64,000 nucleotides of DNA from NCBI GenBank assembly GCA_002104945.1, contig MCFH01000007.1, positions 806,001 through 870,000 on the forward strand, in the 5' to 3' direction. Position numbers and translations under genes: made by a program. Each line of letters begins with the position of its first letter. Position 1 is the first letter of the stretch. Source of the stretch: Piromyces finnis finn (taxonomy: Eukaryota; Fungi; Neocallimastigomycota). Positions 14,041 to 28,852 of the stretch are shown here, one piece after another. A model generated the notes under the pieces. It worked only from the letters and a program-made list of their open reading frames with translations, did not search any database and was not told the DNA's origin.

Positions 14041-14811
14041 ATGAAATCCTCAAGGTATATATATACCAATTATATAAATATATATATATATTTAAAATAA
14101 AAGTTCATTCAATAATTATTTTAATTTTAAAATAAAGAAAAGAAGAGTTAGAAAGAAAAAGACAAAAATTAGCAGAACTCAGAAGAAGTAGAGAGGAACG
14201 TAAAAATGCATTATTAAATGCTCAAAAGAGAGAATCAAGTGTAATATGCATATACATTTATTATTTTATATTTTTATATTTAATGATATTGTTTTTATTT
14301 TTCTTTCGGGGATAACAATATTGATTTTATTTTAAAATATATTTATATATATATATAATTATATAATAAATATTTACTAATAATATTACGAAAATCAAGA
14401 CGGCTTCCCTTATTACAAAAGATCGTAAAGCTATTGATGAGTTCGTTGCATCATTAATTGGTGATATTTCTACATCTTCTAATTCCAATAATATACCAAG
14501 TCGTTCAAGTACCCCATCTTCACAAATTCAAGAAGATGTTCAAGCTAATTCTACTTTATCTTCACCTGGATTAGTATCGTATATATCATATTATTATAAA
14601 ACTTTATCAAATAAATCATGCATATTATGTTTAGTTATCACCGAAATTAATGCATTTAATATCGTTTTATCATTAAATAATATAGTTCTACAACCAATAC
14701 CAATGCAGAACTTCCACCATCAGCACCAGTTCAAGAAAAAAAACCATTAGAATCTTCAGAAATTGTTATATTTGATTTCCCACCAACTGTAATTTTGCAA
14801 TTCTTTTAGAT

Positions 14812-14852
<41 letters not shown>

Positions 14853-17312
14853 ATATAATGTTTAGATTTTAATTTTTGGGTAATTATATGAATATTAGGT
14901 TGTATATAATAAAGAAATTCAAACTGATGCTTATGAAGAACCTACTGAAAAAGAAGAAGTTGATGTATTTAATGTTGAAAGTGAAATTATTGAGCCAGAA
15001 ATTCCTGTTGTTAAAGAAGTTATTAAGGAAGAAAAAATAACAGGTAAAAAAAAAAATATCAAATTTAATTTTATATATTATATTTTTTAAAAATATATTT
15101 AGAGCATAACATATATGTAATAAAATATATTTGTATATTTTAGAATTTTCTGAAGAAGAAAAGAAAAATATTATGAGTAGTGATGGTTTCAAAGATTTCT
15201 TTGATAATTCAACAAAAATTGTTGAAAGAGCTCTTGATGAATCATATGATATTATGATTGATTATAGAATAGATAACGCCGTTGAAGAGTAAAGTTTTTT
15301 ATATAAAAATAATAAGTAGCTATTCTAAATATTTATTAATACTTTTAAATATTGACTATACTATTTAGTGATAAAGTTAATGATAATACCTTAAAGTTAC
15401 TTAGCTCATTCTATAGTGAAGAATGGACAAAGGATAGAACTGTTACTGATATGGATTGGTCACCAGAAGTAATTTTTTTTTTATAATATATTATAAATAT
15501 AAAAGTTTAATAATGATAATAATGATATATAGATATATACTGATAAGCATAAGTTAATATTAATTATTATTATTATTATTATCATTATTTTTTATAGCAT
15601 GAAGAATTAATATTAAGTTCATATAATAAAAAGAAGCAATCATTAATTACTGATCCATCTGGTGTTTGTTGTATATGGAATTTACATTTACAAGGAAGAC
15701 CAGAATTTGTTTTCCAAACTCAAGTAAATCTATTTACTAATTAATAATTATATAGATAAACTAATTAAATTATTAAAATTTAATTATATAAACGTTTTTA
15801 TTATTATTATTATCATTTTTTTTTTTAATTAATATTATATTTTTTATTGTTGTTTAATAGTCAGAAATTACATCAGCATGTTTCTCAAAATTCCATCCAA
15901 AACTTGTTATTGGTGGTACCTATTCTGGTCAAATTGTTCTTTGGGATATGAGAACTAAATCATTACCAGTTCAAAAGACGCCATTAACCGTTACTGGTCA
16001 TGCCCATCCTATATATAAAATGCAAATGGTTGGTACTCAAAATTCAAATAATCTTATATCTGCATCCTCTGATGGTATAGTATGCTCCTGGCAATTAGAT
16101 ATGCTCACTCAACCTCAAGTAATTATTATTATTATTATAATTATTATTATTAATATTATATTTATTTTATTTCATTTCATTTCATTGTATATTAATTATC
16201 AATTATATATAAATCATTCATTAATAATACTATTATTATTTATTTTAAAGGAAATTATTGAATTAGTTAGTAATAGTAATGATAAGATTAATGATATTGC
16301 CATTACTACATTTGATTTCCCAGACAATGAAATATCATCATTTTGGATTGGTACTGAAGAAGGTCGTGTACATCAAGTAAATAGATATGAAAGAGCTGAT
16401 AGTAAAGCTGGTTTAAATGCTACTGATAAATATGAAGGTCATGGTGGTATTATAACAGGTTTATCATTCCATCCACAATCTTCTGGATCATATAATTTCT
16501 CAAACTTATTCTTAACTAGTTCAATTGATTGGACTGTAAAATTATGGAGAACAAAGGTTAGTAGAAATAAATTTTATGATAACATACATATTGAATATAA
16601 AATTATCAAAATAGCAATAGACAATATAATAACTATACTTTTTTATTTTATTATTTTTCTATTATTAAATATTTATGTCCCTCATTTTCCCTTCACAATT
16701 TAGTCTACATTAAAACCATCTATTAAGGAAGAAATAATACAACCAATTTGTTCCTTTGACTATGCTAATGATTATGTACTAGATGTTGAATGGTCACCTG
16801 TTCATCCAGCTATGTTTGCTTCTGTAGATGGTGATGGTCAATTGAATATTTTCAATATTAATCAAGATCAAGAAGTAAGCTTTTTTTTTATCTTATTCTT
16901 ATTCTTATTTGTTAATTAATAACCTTTATTTATTTATTTATTATTATTATTATTATGAATTTTATTATTATAGATGCCAATATTTAGTATGACAGTAGAT
17001 CCAAATCATTCATTAAATAAATTAAAATGGCATAAAGATGGTAAAAAGATTTCTGTTGGTTCTTCTGATGGTTATGTTTATATTTATGATATTGGTGATG
17101 TAAGTTTTTTTTTTTTATTATCTTAATATTTTCTTTTTTTAAAATTATATAAACCATATATTTATTGAAATGGAAATAAAAAACAAAAAAAAACTAAAAT
17201 CTTTATTATAACACTCATGTCATTATTATTATTATTATTATTTAATTAGCTTTCAACACCAAGTCTTGATGAAAATGGAGCATTCCAAAAAACTTTACAA
17301 GAATTACAATAA
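14041..17312 (+). CDS. DYNC1I: Cytoplasmic dynein 1 intermediate chain (WD40), multi-exon
   Basis: N-terminal coiled coil KRRELERKRQKLAELRRSREERK. WD40 motifs RTVTDMDWSP, VIGGTYSGQIVLWD, LTVTGHAHPIY, GTEEGRVHQVNR, FLTSSIDWTVKLW and DYVLDVEWSPVHPAMFASVDGDG. Stop TAA at 17310-17312. Confidence 0.93.
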
Positions 17313-17639
17313 AAAAATTTTTTTTAAACCTTTTTATCAAGAGAAAAAAAAAAGGTTTATATTTTATTTATTATATCAATAATGCTAATATTTTTTGAAA
17401 GTATAATTATTTTTCTTTTTTTTTTCAAAGAATATTATTAGTAGTTTATCAATACTTGTTAATAAAACAAAAAAACACTGGCAGAATATATATAAAAATA
17501 AAATAAAATAAAATAAAACAATACAAAAATGTATATATAGATAATAAATAAAGAATAAACCTATTATATATATATCCTTCTTTTAATAAATTAGAACAAT
17601 TCATTCCAGAGTAAAACAAACAAAACCAATAAATAAATC

Positions 17640-17640
<1 letters not shown>

Positions 17641-17724
<84 letters not shown>
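17641..17724. repeat. (AAT)n microsatellite
   Basis: Direct reading. Confidence 0.95.
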
Positions 17725-17729
<5 letters not shown>

Positions 17730-18246
17730 CAAATAAATTTTTAATTTTTTTTCTCCCTTAATATTATATTACATTTAAGCCTATATAGCAAAAAAAAAAA
17801 AAAGATAATATTTTTCTTTATAATAATACAAAAATAACATTAATAATAATAAAGAAAAGAAAAAGTATAATAATTTTATTTTTATCTTTATGCGTTAAAA
17901 GAAATAATTTTTAAAAGTATATCCATGATAAAAAAAAGAAAAAAATTATTTTTATATTAAATGTATGGTCCATTGTATAGTTTTTTTTTTAAAGAGACTA
18001 AAAAAAATTTTTATTTGAAAATGAAAAAGTTAATATTATTTATTAATAATTAGAATAATTTATTAATTATTAATTAAAAAAAAAAAAAAAAAAATATTTA
18101 AAAATATTTATTAATAACCTTTTTAGAAATAATTTTGTGTTCTCATTTTATTAATTTTTTATTTGACAAGTTGTACTAATTCGAAATCAAGTAATAATAA
18201 TAATAATAAAAAAAAAGATTTTAAAATAATCAACTTGAAAAAAAAA

Positions 18247-21200
18247 ATGGTAAATATTATTTTTTAGCTTTTTATATTTATTTATATACAATACATGCTT
18301 AATATATATATATATATAAAATGTGAAAATATTTTTTTTTTGAAATTTCATTATATGACCAAAATTACCATATAAATAATATATATACATTTTCTACTTT
18401 ATTATTATTATTATTTTTTTTTTTTAAAATGGAATATATAAAAGTCAACAAAAATTATATATTAATAACTAATAATATATATATTTGTATATTCATTTAT
18501 TTTTTTTTATTGACGTTATTATTCATCTGATAGTTAGTAAGAATTCGTTCCAATGAGGGTCAAAGTAGACTTGATATCAATGAAGATGATGATGTCGAAG
18601 TTTTAGAAAATAAGGTATTTAATAATAACTTTTCCTAATAAATATTATTTTTTTTGTTTTATTCATTATACTATTTCCTCTGTAAAAGTTAAAAATATAT
18701 ATATATATAATTTCCACTAATATGAAATTCTGCTCAACCAGGTCTCTAAATTATATTATTATTTTTATTAATAATTTTTTCTATTCTATCATAGATTTAT
18801 GAAATTCTTTCAAATAAAAATGTTGATATGACCATATCTCTTGATCCAGGAAAAAGAAATGTATTAATAAAAGGAAGTTTAATTAAAGAATATGACATAA
18901 GGTATTTAATAATTTTAAAAAAAAAAGAAAAAGAAATTCAATAATTTATTATTTATTATTATTTATTATTGTTTATTATTATTATTATTATTGTGTATAT
19001 ATTATTTGCTTTTTTCCTTTTTTTTTTTAAAGTATAAATTAAAGTCATGTACTTATTTATAATATATATTTATTATTTTTTATAATATAAATTTGTTTTT
19101 TTTTTTATTAATTAAAATCTTCATTTTTCATGGGGGACGATAGTGAAGGTCAAATTATTCATGTTTCTTTAGTAAAAAGAGAAGATTCTGCTGGTACCTC
19201 TAACCAACCAGAACAATCAAAGCAAAGTCAAGCAGCGTTAGTTTCAAGTTCCGTTGAAGTTAATAAAGCACCAGAAGTAGAATTAATGGAAATTGATAAA
19301 ATATTAGAAAAAGAGGATGGTTTAATTAAGAGAGGAAAAAGTCAATTGTAAGCTTCTCCTTTTTTTTTTTCCCTTTATTTATTTCTTACCTACTTATTAA
19401 AAATAATATTTTATCAAAATATATTTAAAAATTAATGTATAGTTATATTAATATTAAAAAAAACATTTCATATTATATAATTTATATTCAAATTATGCAT
19501 TTATTTATTCAACAAAATTTAGTTGTCGACATGAAGGAAAAGGAATGTGTGAATATTGTATGCCAATAGAGGTAAATATTTTTCTTTCTTTCTTTTGTTT
19601 TTTTTTTAAAAAAACTTTATCATATTAAATTTTATTTTTGAGATTTCAGAAAATTCTGTATAAAATTAAAAAAAGAGAATGGAATTGAAATTTCAAATAC
19701 TAGAAATTATTTTTAAGGGCATTAAATTAGTATAGTTTTATTATGTAATAAACAATTAAATTATTATTTATTTTCATATCATTTTTTTTTTCTTCGATAA
19801 TAATACCAACAATAAATAGCCATACGATCAAAACTATTTAAATGAACACAAAATCAAACATTTATCTTTTCATTCTTATATAAAAAAACTTATTGCTGAA
19901 AACAAAGCTACTTCTAAAAATAATAAGGGTTATTTACCACCATTAGAAGATCAAGATTTCAAAATAAAACCAAATTGTTCAGGTCATTTACCATACCCAA
20001 AAGGTATTTGTTCAAAATGTCAACCATCTGCTGTAACTCTTCAAAGTCAAGTAAGCAAAAAAAAAAAAAAAAAAAAGAAGCATTACCATTTAAAACACTA
20101 AAAAAATTTAATTTTTGAAAAATAAAATATTAATATTAATATATATTATGTATAATATATAATGTATTACTTATTCTTCTTGTTTTTATTCTTTTTATAT
20201 ATATATATATATTTATTTTATAATTATATATACACATATTATTATTTCATGCGATCATCATGATTTAATTTATATAAAAGACTTTCAGAATGGTGGATCA
20301 TGTTGAATTTGATTCATCAAAACTTATTGATAATTTCCTTCAATTCTGGAGAAATACAGGATGTCAAAGATTTGGTTATTTATTTGGTAAATATATGCCA
20401 TATTCTGAAATACCATTAGGTGTTAAAGCTGTTGTTTCTGCAATATATGAACCACCACAAGAATGTGCCATTGATGGTATTCAATTAGAATTACCTGATA
20501 ATAAAATGGATCAAGTTCTTTCTGTTGCAAAATCTTTAGGATTAGAAATTGTAAATAGATTTCTATTATTATTAATACTATTATTATCTCTCTCTCTTTT
20601 TTTTTTTTTTTATATATATATTATCATTTTAAAAATATAATATATATTATATATATATTATATATATCTTCATTCATTCTGGCTTATTTAATATTAATTT
20701 ATAAATTATTATTAGGTTGGAATGATTTATACAGATCTTTTTGATAATGGAAAGAATGAACAAAAAGTACTTTGTAAAAGACATGCCAATTCTTATTTCT
20801 TATCTTCTGCTGAATGTATTTTCTCAGCAGAAGCTCAATTAGAACATCCAACACCATGTAAATATTCAAAAACAGGTTACTTTGGCAGTCGCTTTATTAC
20901 TTGTGTTATTTCAGGTAAATTTAATTATTATTATTATTATTATTATTTTTTAACCCTTTATTTATAGTTATTGAGATTAAATTATTTATTTATTTATTAC
21001 TTTTAACCCTTTTATTCCGATTTAAATTTTTTTTATTCATTCTTTTATTTATAATTATGATACTTTATTGGTACCTTTTTTTTTTTTTATCAGGTAATGA
21101 AAATGAAGATGTAGCTATTTCTGCTTATCAAGTTTCTAATACTTGTATGGCTATGGTTCGTGATAATATTGTTGATGCCTGTATTGAACCAAGTTTAATG

Positions 21201-22327
21201 TTAGTTCGTGAAACTTCAAATGAACAATATATACCCGATGTTTTTTACAAATATAAAAATAAGTATGACATATTAGTTCAAGAATCAGCTAAACCTTCTT
21301 TCCCAACAGAATATTTACTTGTTACCGTAAGTTTTTTTTTTTTTTTTTTTTTCATTTTTAATAAAAAAGAAGTTAAAAAAAAAAAAAAAGAACCGTTCAA
21401 GAAAAAAGTTTTAAAATACCTAGTGGTATTATTATTAATTAACAATGTATAAATATAAATATATATATTATAGTTAACTCATGGTTTCCCACAAGATCCA
21501 AATCCATTATTCAAATCCTCTAAAACCTTCCCAATTGAAAATCGTATTGGTGAAGCTAGTGAAGATTTAAGTGACTTAAAGAAACAATTAGATAATTTAT
21601 CTCTTGATGAAGCCTTATCTGATTTCCATGCTCTTTTAAGAATAAAGGATTCCGATATTTTATCAGAGGTAAATTCCCACTTCCCTCTCCTATTCAATCC
21701 AATTTTGTATCTAGATCATTAGACAGAGACAAATTATATATATATATATATTAAAAAAATAAACAAACAAACAAACAAAAAAACTATTAACGATTAATAA
21801 TTAATTGACTACTTTATTTTTGATTTCATAGGATGACTTTAATTTAGTTTGCAAGGTTGCTATTAATCATAAAGAATCTGATGTTCAAGAATTAACCTAT
21901 AGTCCATCATGGAGAACACTTATGACCATTTTAAATTCATCAGGTATTTTTCATTATCATCATCCTTATTTTTATAATCACCGAATCGTTATTAAATATA
22001 TAACTTTATTTTTTTTAAAAAAAAAACAACAACAACAACAAAAAAAAAAACAAATTATTCCCCCCTCTATAGATATTATGGATACTACAGCCTTTGGAGG
22101 AGGAGCTTCTGCTTCCACCTCACAAGCTATTGGAAATGAACCATGGCAATGTGAACTTTGTAAGTTTTTTTTTTTTTAAAAAAAATATTATATATATTAT
22201 ATATATATTTTTAGCATAAACGGATGAATACTAATATATATTAAATTTATTTTTTATAGGTACATTTATTAATACAGACAGTACTCTTGAAGCCTGTTCT
22301 ATTTGTGGTACACCAAGATCTCATTAA
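18247..22327 (+). CDS. NPL4: Nuclear protein localization protein 4 (Cdc48/p97-Ufd1 cofactor) with C-terminal RanBP2-type (NZF) zinc finger, multi-exon
   Basis: Motifs (M)[112 protein letters not shown] and FPIENR. The last exons give WQCELCTFIN...[11 protein letters not shown]. The start (an ATG-only exon at 18247-18249) is less certain than the body. Confidence 0.93.
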
Positions 22328-22518
22328 ATTAAAAAACAAATAAAAAAGATACAAAAAGATACTAAAAAATAAATTATTATTATAATTTTTTTATGAATAA
22401 AACATCATAAATCAGCATAAAATAAATAAATAAATATAAAAAAAGAAAAGCTGTAAAAAAAAAAAATAAAATAAAAAAATATTCATACCTTTAATCTTTT
22501 AAATCCCCCAAAAAAAAA

Positions 22519-22553
<35 letters not shown>

Positions 22554-22604
22554 CATCTTTATTATTATATTATAATTAGCAGTAGATAAAATAAAATAAA
22601 TTGA

Positions 22605-22683
<79 letters not shown>
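22605..22683. repeat. (AAT)n microsatellite
   Basis: Direct reading; source of the spurious poly-Ile ORF 22491-22697. Confidence 0.95.
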
Positions 22684-22689
<6 letters not shown>

Positions 22690-24748
22690 CATCCCATCCC
22701 ATCCCTATTTTATATAGAATTATTTTTTTTTACGAGAGTTTTTTTTTCTTTCAAAAGCAAAAAACAAGGTTACACAAAAAATCAACATTTTTTGTCATTC
22801 TCAATCATACCAATTTTTATTTTTAAAAATAATAATAATAAAAAAAAAAAGTAAATAGTTGTTTGTTTATTTATTAAATTTTCTATAATTCTTTTTCTTT
22901 TTTCTAGTAAAAGTTCAACTTTTCTAAATTCCAAAACACTTTTTTAAACTACAATTCGTCAAGGTAAAACCTTGAAGATTTCAAATTTGAGCTTTTTCAT
23001 CCTTTATAAAAATTTATAAATTATGTTTAAATAATAATGTATTGTAATTGTATTTTTTAATATTTAATCTACCAATAAAAATTCAAGTTTAATGTATCAA
23101 AAATTTTGTTTTTTGTTTTTGTTTTGTTTTTTTTTTTTTAAATATTTTTTCCATGATTTTAGTTTTATTTGATTTTTTAATAAATAAAAAAAAAATTCTC
23201 CATTCACCTCAAATTTTAAATTAAATGTCAACTATTATTAAAATTCAATTTATTTTAATATATTGTATCATTTATTAAATTTTAAATTATTTTAATTTAA
23301 TCATTAATTAAAATTAAAGTTTTAATTATTTTTTTTTTTATTCGTTTGTTTTAATTAAGCAAGTTTATACTTTAGAAAAAAAGCAAATCATGACTTTTTT
23401 TTTTTTAAAAAGGATTTTAAATAAATGAAGAAGTAAACATATATATATATACATATTATATTTATTCCTGCTTAATTTATTTTTAAAAAAATAAAGTATA
23501 ATCTTTGAATAAAAAGTAGTTTAATGAGGTCTTTACTTTTTTTTATTCTATATAGGGAAAGATAACATTTATCTTTTAAAGATGAAATAAAGTTTTAATA
23601 TTATGAACAATGAATACTTTTATAAAGTATAAAACTATTTTTTTTTATTTTTGTTTCATATATATTTGCTTCAAAGTTTTAATATAATTTAAATTATTTT
23701 ATTGTCAAAAAAGCATTTTTTTTTTTTTAAATTTCTTTTAAATAGTATTTAATTATTATGTGTTGAATAAGAACATTTATTATATTCATTTAAATATATT
23801 TATTAATATAAAGTAAAAAAAAAGAGTATTAACCTCAACAACAACAACAACATCTATCCTATTACATTTTATTATATGTGCATAGTTGTTTTTAAATATT
23901 TTTAAAGTTATACTTTATAGGAGAGAATTATTAAAGATGATGATTAATAATAAATTTTTAAAGTATTTTAAATTGGTTTTTTTTTTATGATTATAAATAT
24001 GAAAATATTAGGTATAAAACCTTTATGAATTTGTATGATAAGACAATTAACGATTTTATAAATTAATGTTTTATTATATCGATACTCTTTCAAACTTATT
24101 TCAATAAAGACTATTCATTTATGCTTTTATTCAATAATTAAAAAACACTCAAAGTTTATAGGTTTTAAAAATTAAAGTTTTTTTTTTATTTTTATTTTTA
24201 TACCTATTATTATGAAATTACAGGGAGTATTTCATTTATCCTTATTATACTACTGTTATTTTTAAAGTATATTTTATTTTTTATATTTATTACTATTATA
24301 TAGCGATTTTTTTTTTCTTAATTAACATATTATACCATTTACATATTTTGCATCTAGTTTTTATTCTCTAAACGAGTGAACATTACAATAATAAAATTTA
24401 AATGTTACAAACACATATCAAACTTGTAAAAAATTCTTTCTTTTTTTTTTTTTTTTTTAAAGTTAATAGCTGAAAAAGGTAGGATTTGATTGATTATCTA
24501 ATGCCATAATCAATATTTTTAACTTTTTTTTTTTCTTCTTTTTATTTGGATTCTGAATCTACTTTCAAATGATTAAGTTTATTTTTATTATTGTACATAT
24601 TTCAAATTTTAAATATTTTAATATTTAAATAAATTAACCTTTTTTTTTTTAAAATTTAACTTTTCTAAAGTGATGATGATAACTTTGATTATGTCCTATT
24701 TACAAAACATAAAAGTTTATTTTGTATATATATATGTATATAAAGAGG

Positions 24749-24887
<139 letters not shown>

Positions 24888-27800
24888 TATGGTTAGATAA
24901 AACTTTTAAAATGATATTAACTTTTTTTATTTTATCCTCATACCATTTTGAATAAAATAAAATGATAAAATGTTTTTTTTTTTTCTCCTACTCCTTCTTG
25001 TGTTTTCAATATATAATATTCACCTTTGTTCACCTTTTTTAATGTGGGTGTTCAATAAAATTTCATTTATAAATTATATGAAACCTAAATAATGTAGTTA
25101 AATATATTAATTATTTTATTATAATATATGATATATAAATTAAATATATTATGGTGGTAGGATTACAAAAATTTTAAACTTTATTATTTATCAGTTTATC
25201 ATAATAATAGAAATATAGAAGAAGTTAAAGTTGTTATCAAACGATGATAGCTACCCTGATTCATAAAGCGAATTTATAAACTTTTTATTATTATTAATAA
25301 GGCATTTTATAGTGTTAAAAGTAATACTATTAATATTTATTAAATGAGGATACTAATACTGGTTTTAATTTTTAATCAATAATACTAATATCAAAATTAG
25401 GACTATAAAAGTAATAAACTATTCATAAATGTAAAAAAAAAAAAAAAAAAAAAAAAAAAGTAGTAGGTTGATGAATAGTGAACAATAATAGTAATTTTAA
25501 AAATTATAGTTAATAATTATTTAACTTTAAAAAAAGTTTAAATAATAGTAATACTAGTGATTTATTAAAGAAAAAAAACAAACAAACATACTTTTGTTAT
25601 AATAAATAGAATAAAAAAATGGGAATATAAATATTTTTATTGTATATAATACTGTTGTTATTCTTTATATTAAAAACAAAAAAGTCGGTTATTTTAAAAA
25701 GAAATAAGAGAACAATGAGAAATTGAAATACATTTCTACTATAAACAAACTTTTGCGTTTTTTTTTATTCACTTTAATTTACTTTATCAAAATTTATATA
25801 ATAATCATATAAACTATTAAAAAAAAAAAAAGGACTTTGACAGAGACGTCAACAGTTTTAAATAATATTTTAAAAGAAAAAAACTAAATAATGTATAAAT
25901 ATAAATTTTATATATAAAATAATACATATAATCACTACCATACTTTATATTTTAAACCAATCCATTATATTAAATTGTTGCATTATTCTTATATATAGTA
26001 TTTCTCTTACCTTGTAAATAAAATATTGTATTAATATTAATATCTATATTTGTTAATAATTAATATTTGAATAGTTGAATCAACCTTTACAATAGTTTTA
26101 TAATCTTTCAAAAACTTTTTTTAATTACATAAAGTGACATTTTATTACACTTTTGATTGATATATTCTTTTATATATATATAAAAAAAGTCTTTTACGCT
26201 TATTACTATTTTCATTTTATAAATTATTTCTATAATTATTTTATTTTTATATTCATATATACCTTTTTTTTTTTTTATGCAAAGGAAATGACTACTTTAT
26301 TATTCTACTATTAATGATAAAAAAAATAAATGATGTAAAAATTGAATAGTTGTCATGGATATGAAATGAAACGTTAATTTTTTCTTTTTTTAATAAACAT
26401 CTTTATTATTTTTATTTTAATCCTACTATTTTCATAAAATCCTTTTTTTTTTTCTTTTTCTTTTCTATTTTTTTCATTTTCTACCTTTTTTTTTAAATTA
26501 TACAATGTTAATTTCCCTTTTTTTTTTATATATATATTTATTTTTTATAAATAAAATTTTTATTTAATTATATTATATATTATATATTAAATATATATTA
26601 TTTAAGTTTTTAATTTAAAGTTTTCCTTTTTATTTAATTTTTTTTTAGAACATTAATTTTACAAACTTTTTCCCTAATACCTAATAATTATTTACTATTA
26701 ATAGAGTAGTGTTAGATAGGATAACTAAGGAATGCTTCCTTTACTTTTTATTTTCATATCTTTTTTATTATACCATTCATCTTTATAAAACAACAACAAC
26801 AACCCAATTTAAAACTTTTTTTACTATTTACAACACCCACCACCAAAGTGATCCATTGAATTATTAAAGTGATAATCATTTAATTCAATTCAATTGATTC
26901 AATATATTTAATATATTATAATATATTATATAAAAAATAAGCATTTTTTTAAAATTAAAATATTTATTATTTTTTAAATATAATTTATCCATTTTTAAAT
27001 AATTAAATCTTTATTGTTTATTTGATTTAAATATATACTATTCATTTAATATATTAATAATATAATCTAATATATTAACTATATTAATATAAATTTAATA
27101 TTTAATGTATTTATTATATATTAGAATTCTCTAATAACAAAAAAAAAAAAAATAAAAATCCAATAAGGAGGAAGAGGGAAGTTTTAGAAGAAAGTAAGAA
27201 AGAAAGAAGGAAGGGAAACCATTAAAAAAAAAGAACTTGAACTGGTAATAAAGAAACTTTTTACCATGAACATAGGCATAAAAAAGTGTTTTTTTTTTGA
27301 AGTTTATCTATTTTTTTTAATTATATTTAAATTGTAATTTTAAGTAAAAAAAAAAAAGAGTGTTGGTGATAATTAAAAAAAGAAAGTAATTTCTTTATTT
27401 TATTTTTGTTAAAAAGTAAAGTTTTTTTTTTTTTTTTTAGAAAGTTATATAGATTCAATATATATATATGTATATATATTTTTTCAGAAACTTTTTATGT
27501 CATTTTTTAGAAATTCAATTTGATTAGCATTTTCATAATGAATAATTATAATATAAAGGGATAAAAGGATACTTTTAAAATGTCATTTTTAAACCATTTC
27601 TATTAAAGCTTCAACATTTCCTTCAAAATACCTTTTAAACTATTAGCAAAAAAAAGCTGTTTTTTTTTTTTTTTTCAAATTATATTTTCTATTACTTAAT
27701 CATTCATAATTGCAAAAATATTATATGCACACTTTAAAGACAAGACTAGATTGCCAATTTTTATATATATATATATATTTTATTTTTATTTATATATCCA

Positions 27801-28495
27801 TATAAATATATATTTTTTTTGAACAAAAATAATAATAAGAAAAAAGAAAATACATTGAATTAAAAAGTTTCGTTTTTTTAGAATAAAAAAAACTAATACT
27901 AATTATATATTATATAACTAATATATAGATAAAGTAATAACAAAATAATAGTGTTTTTTAATATTATCATGAATGAATAAAGTAATAACTTTTTATTAAT
28001 AATTATAAGAAATAATGAAAAGAGAGAAAAAAAAAAAAAAACTTTTTAAAAAAAGAGTGATTTGTGGAAAAGCTATAACAGTTTATAAAATGTTAAAAAG
28101 GGTATATAAAAAAGTTTTTTTTAATATATATATTTAGAAAATATATAATTTATACAAAAACGTTTTTAGGGTATTGTAGTTTAGTATTTTTTTGTTTTTT
28201 TATCGTTTTCTTAAATAATATATATAATAAAGCATTTTTTTCTTTAATTTTGAAACATTTTTTTGATATGCCCTTTTTTTCAAGTTTGTTTTCAAAGAAT
28301 AAACTTTTTTTTAGAGTTGTATTAAGGGATATATGAATGTATTTTTTTTTCGTTTACTTAAATAAATTAATTGATTTTGGGTTACTAAAGTAATAGAGAA
28401 TAGTGTTTGTAAAAAATAAAAAGAGGTTTATTCTTTTTTTTTTTTTTAAACTATTTTTATTATTATTCTTTAATGAATAAATAATAATATATAGT

Positions 28496-28852
28496 TTAAG
28501 CTAATGATTCCGTTACTAGTGAGTTGGTATTTGGTGAAGAGGTGTTATCAGAATAGACAGTAGAAGAATAGTTACCATTTTCATCAAAGGAAGACTTTCT
28601 TAATAAAGTGGAAGAAATATCAACAAGGAATGGATCATAAGAAAAACGGAATACTACTCCAGGAGTAACATCGTTAACTGCAGATGGAGAACGTTTTGGA
28701 GCTGGGTTCTTACGAGAATGCTTCATAGTAGTTCTTCTCAATTGCTTTCTTCTTAAGATAGCTAAAGCAGTAGCTGAAGTAATAGCTGAATGTGAACTCT
28801 TTTTATCGGTGTTCTTGTCAGATTTTCTGTTAACTCTTCTCTTTGTAGTCAT
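28496..28852 (-). CDS. Small basic intronless hypothetical protein, 118 aa
   Basis: A stop-free 357-nt stretch, clearly more GC-rich than its flanks, with A-rich context before the ATG (aaaaaaaATGactaca) and codon choice like the genuine genes here (aga, gct, cca, act). No family recognised. Confidence 0.75.
   Translation of the reverse strand: MTTKRRVNRKSDKNTDKKSSHSAITSATALAILRRKQLRRTTMKHSRKNPAPKRSPSAVNDVTPGVVFRFSYDPFLVDISSTLLRKSSFDENGNYSSTVYSDNTSSPNTNSLVTESLA

Noticed and set aside
22969-22985. Hairpin tcaagg-taaaa-ccttga
   Set aside because: A 6-bp stem is expected by chance in 64 kb; no supporting context.
25241-25262. atgata...ctga resembling snoRNA C and D boxes
   Set aside because: The boxes are only a few nt apart and box C is imperfect; too short for a C/D snoRNA.
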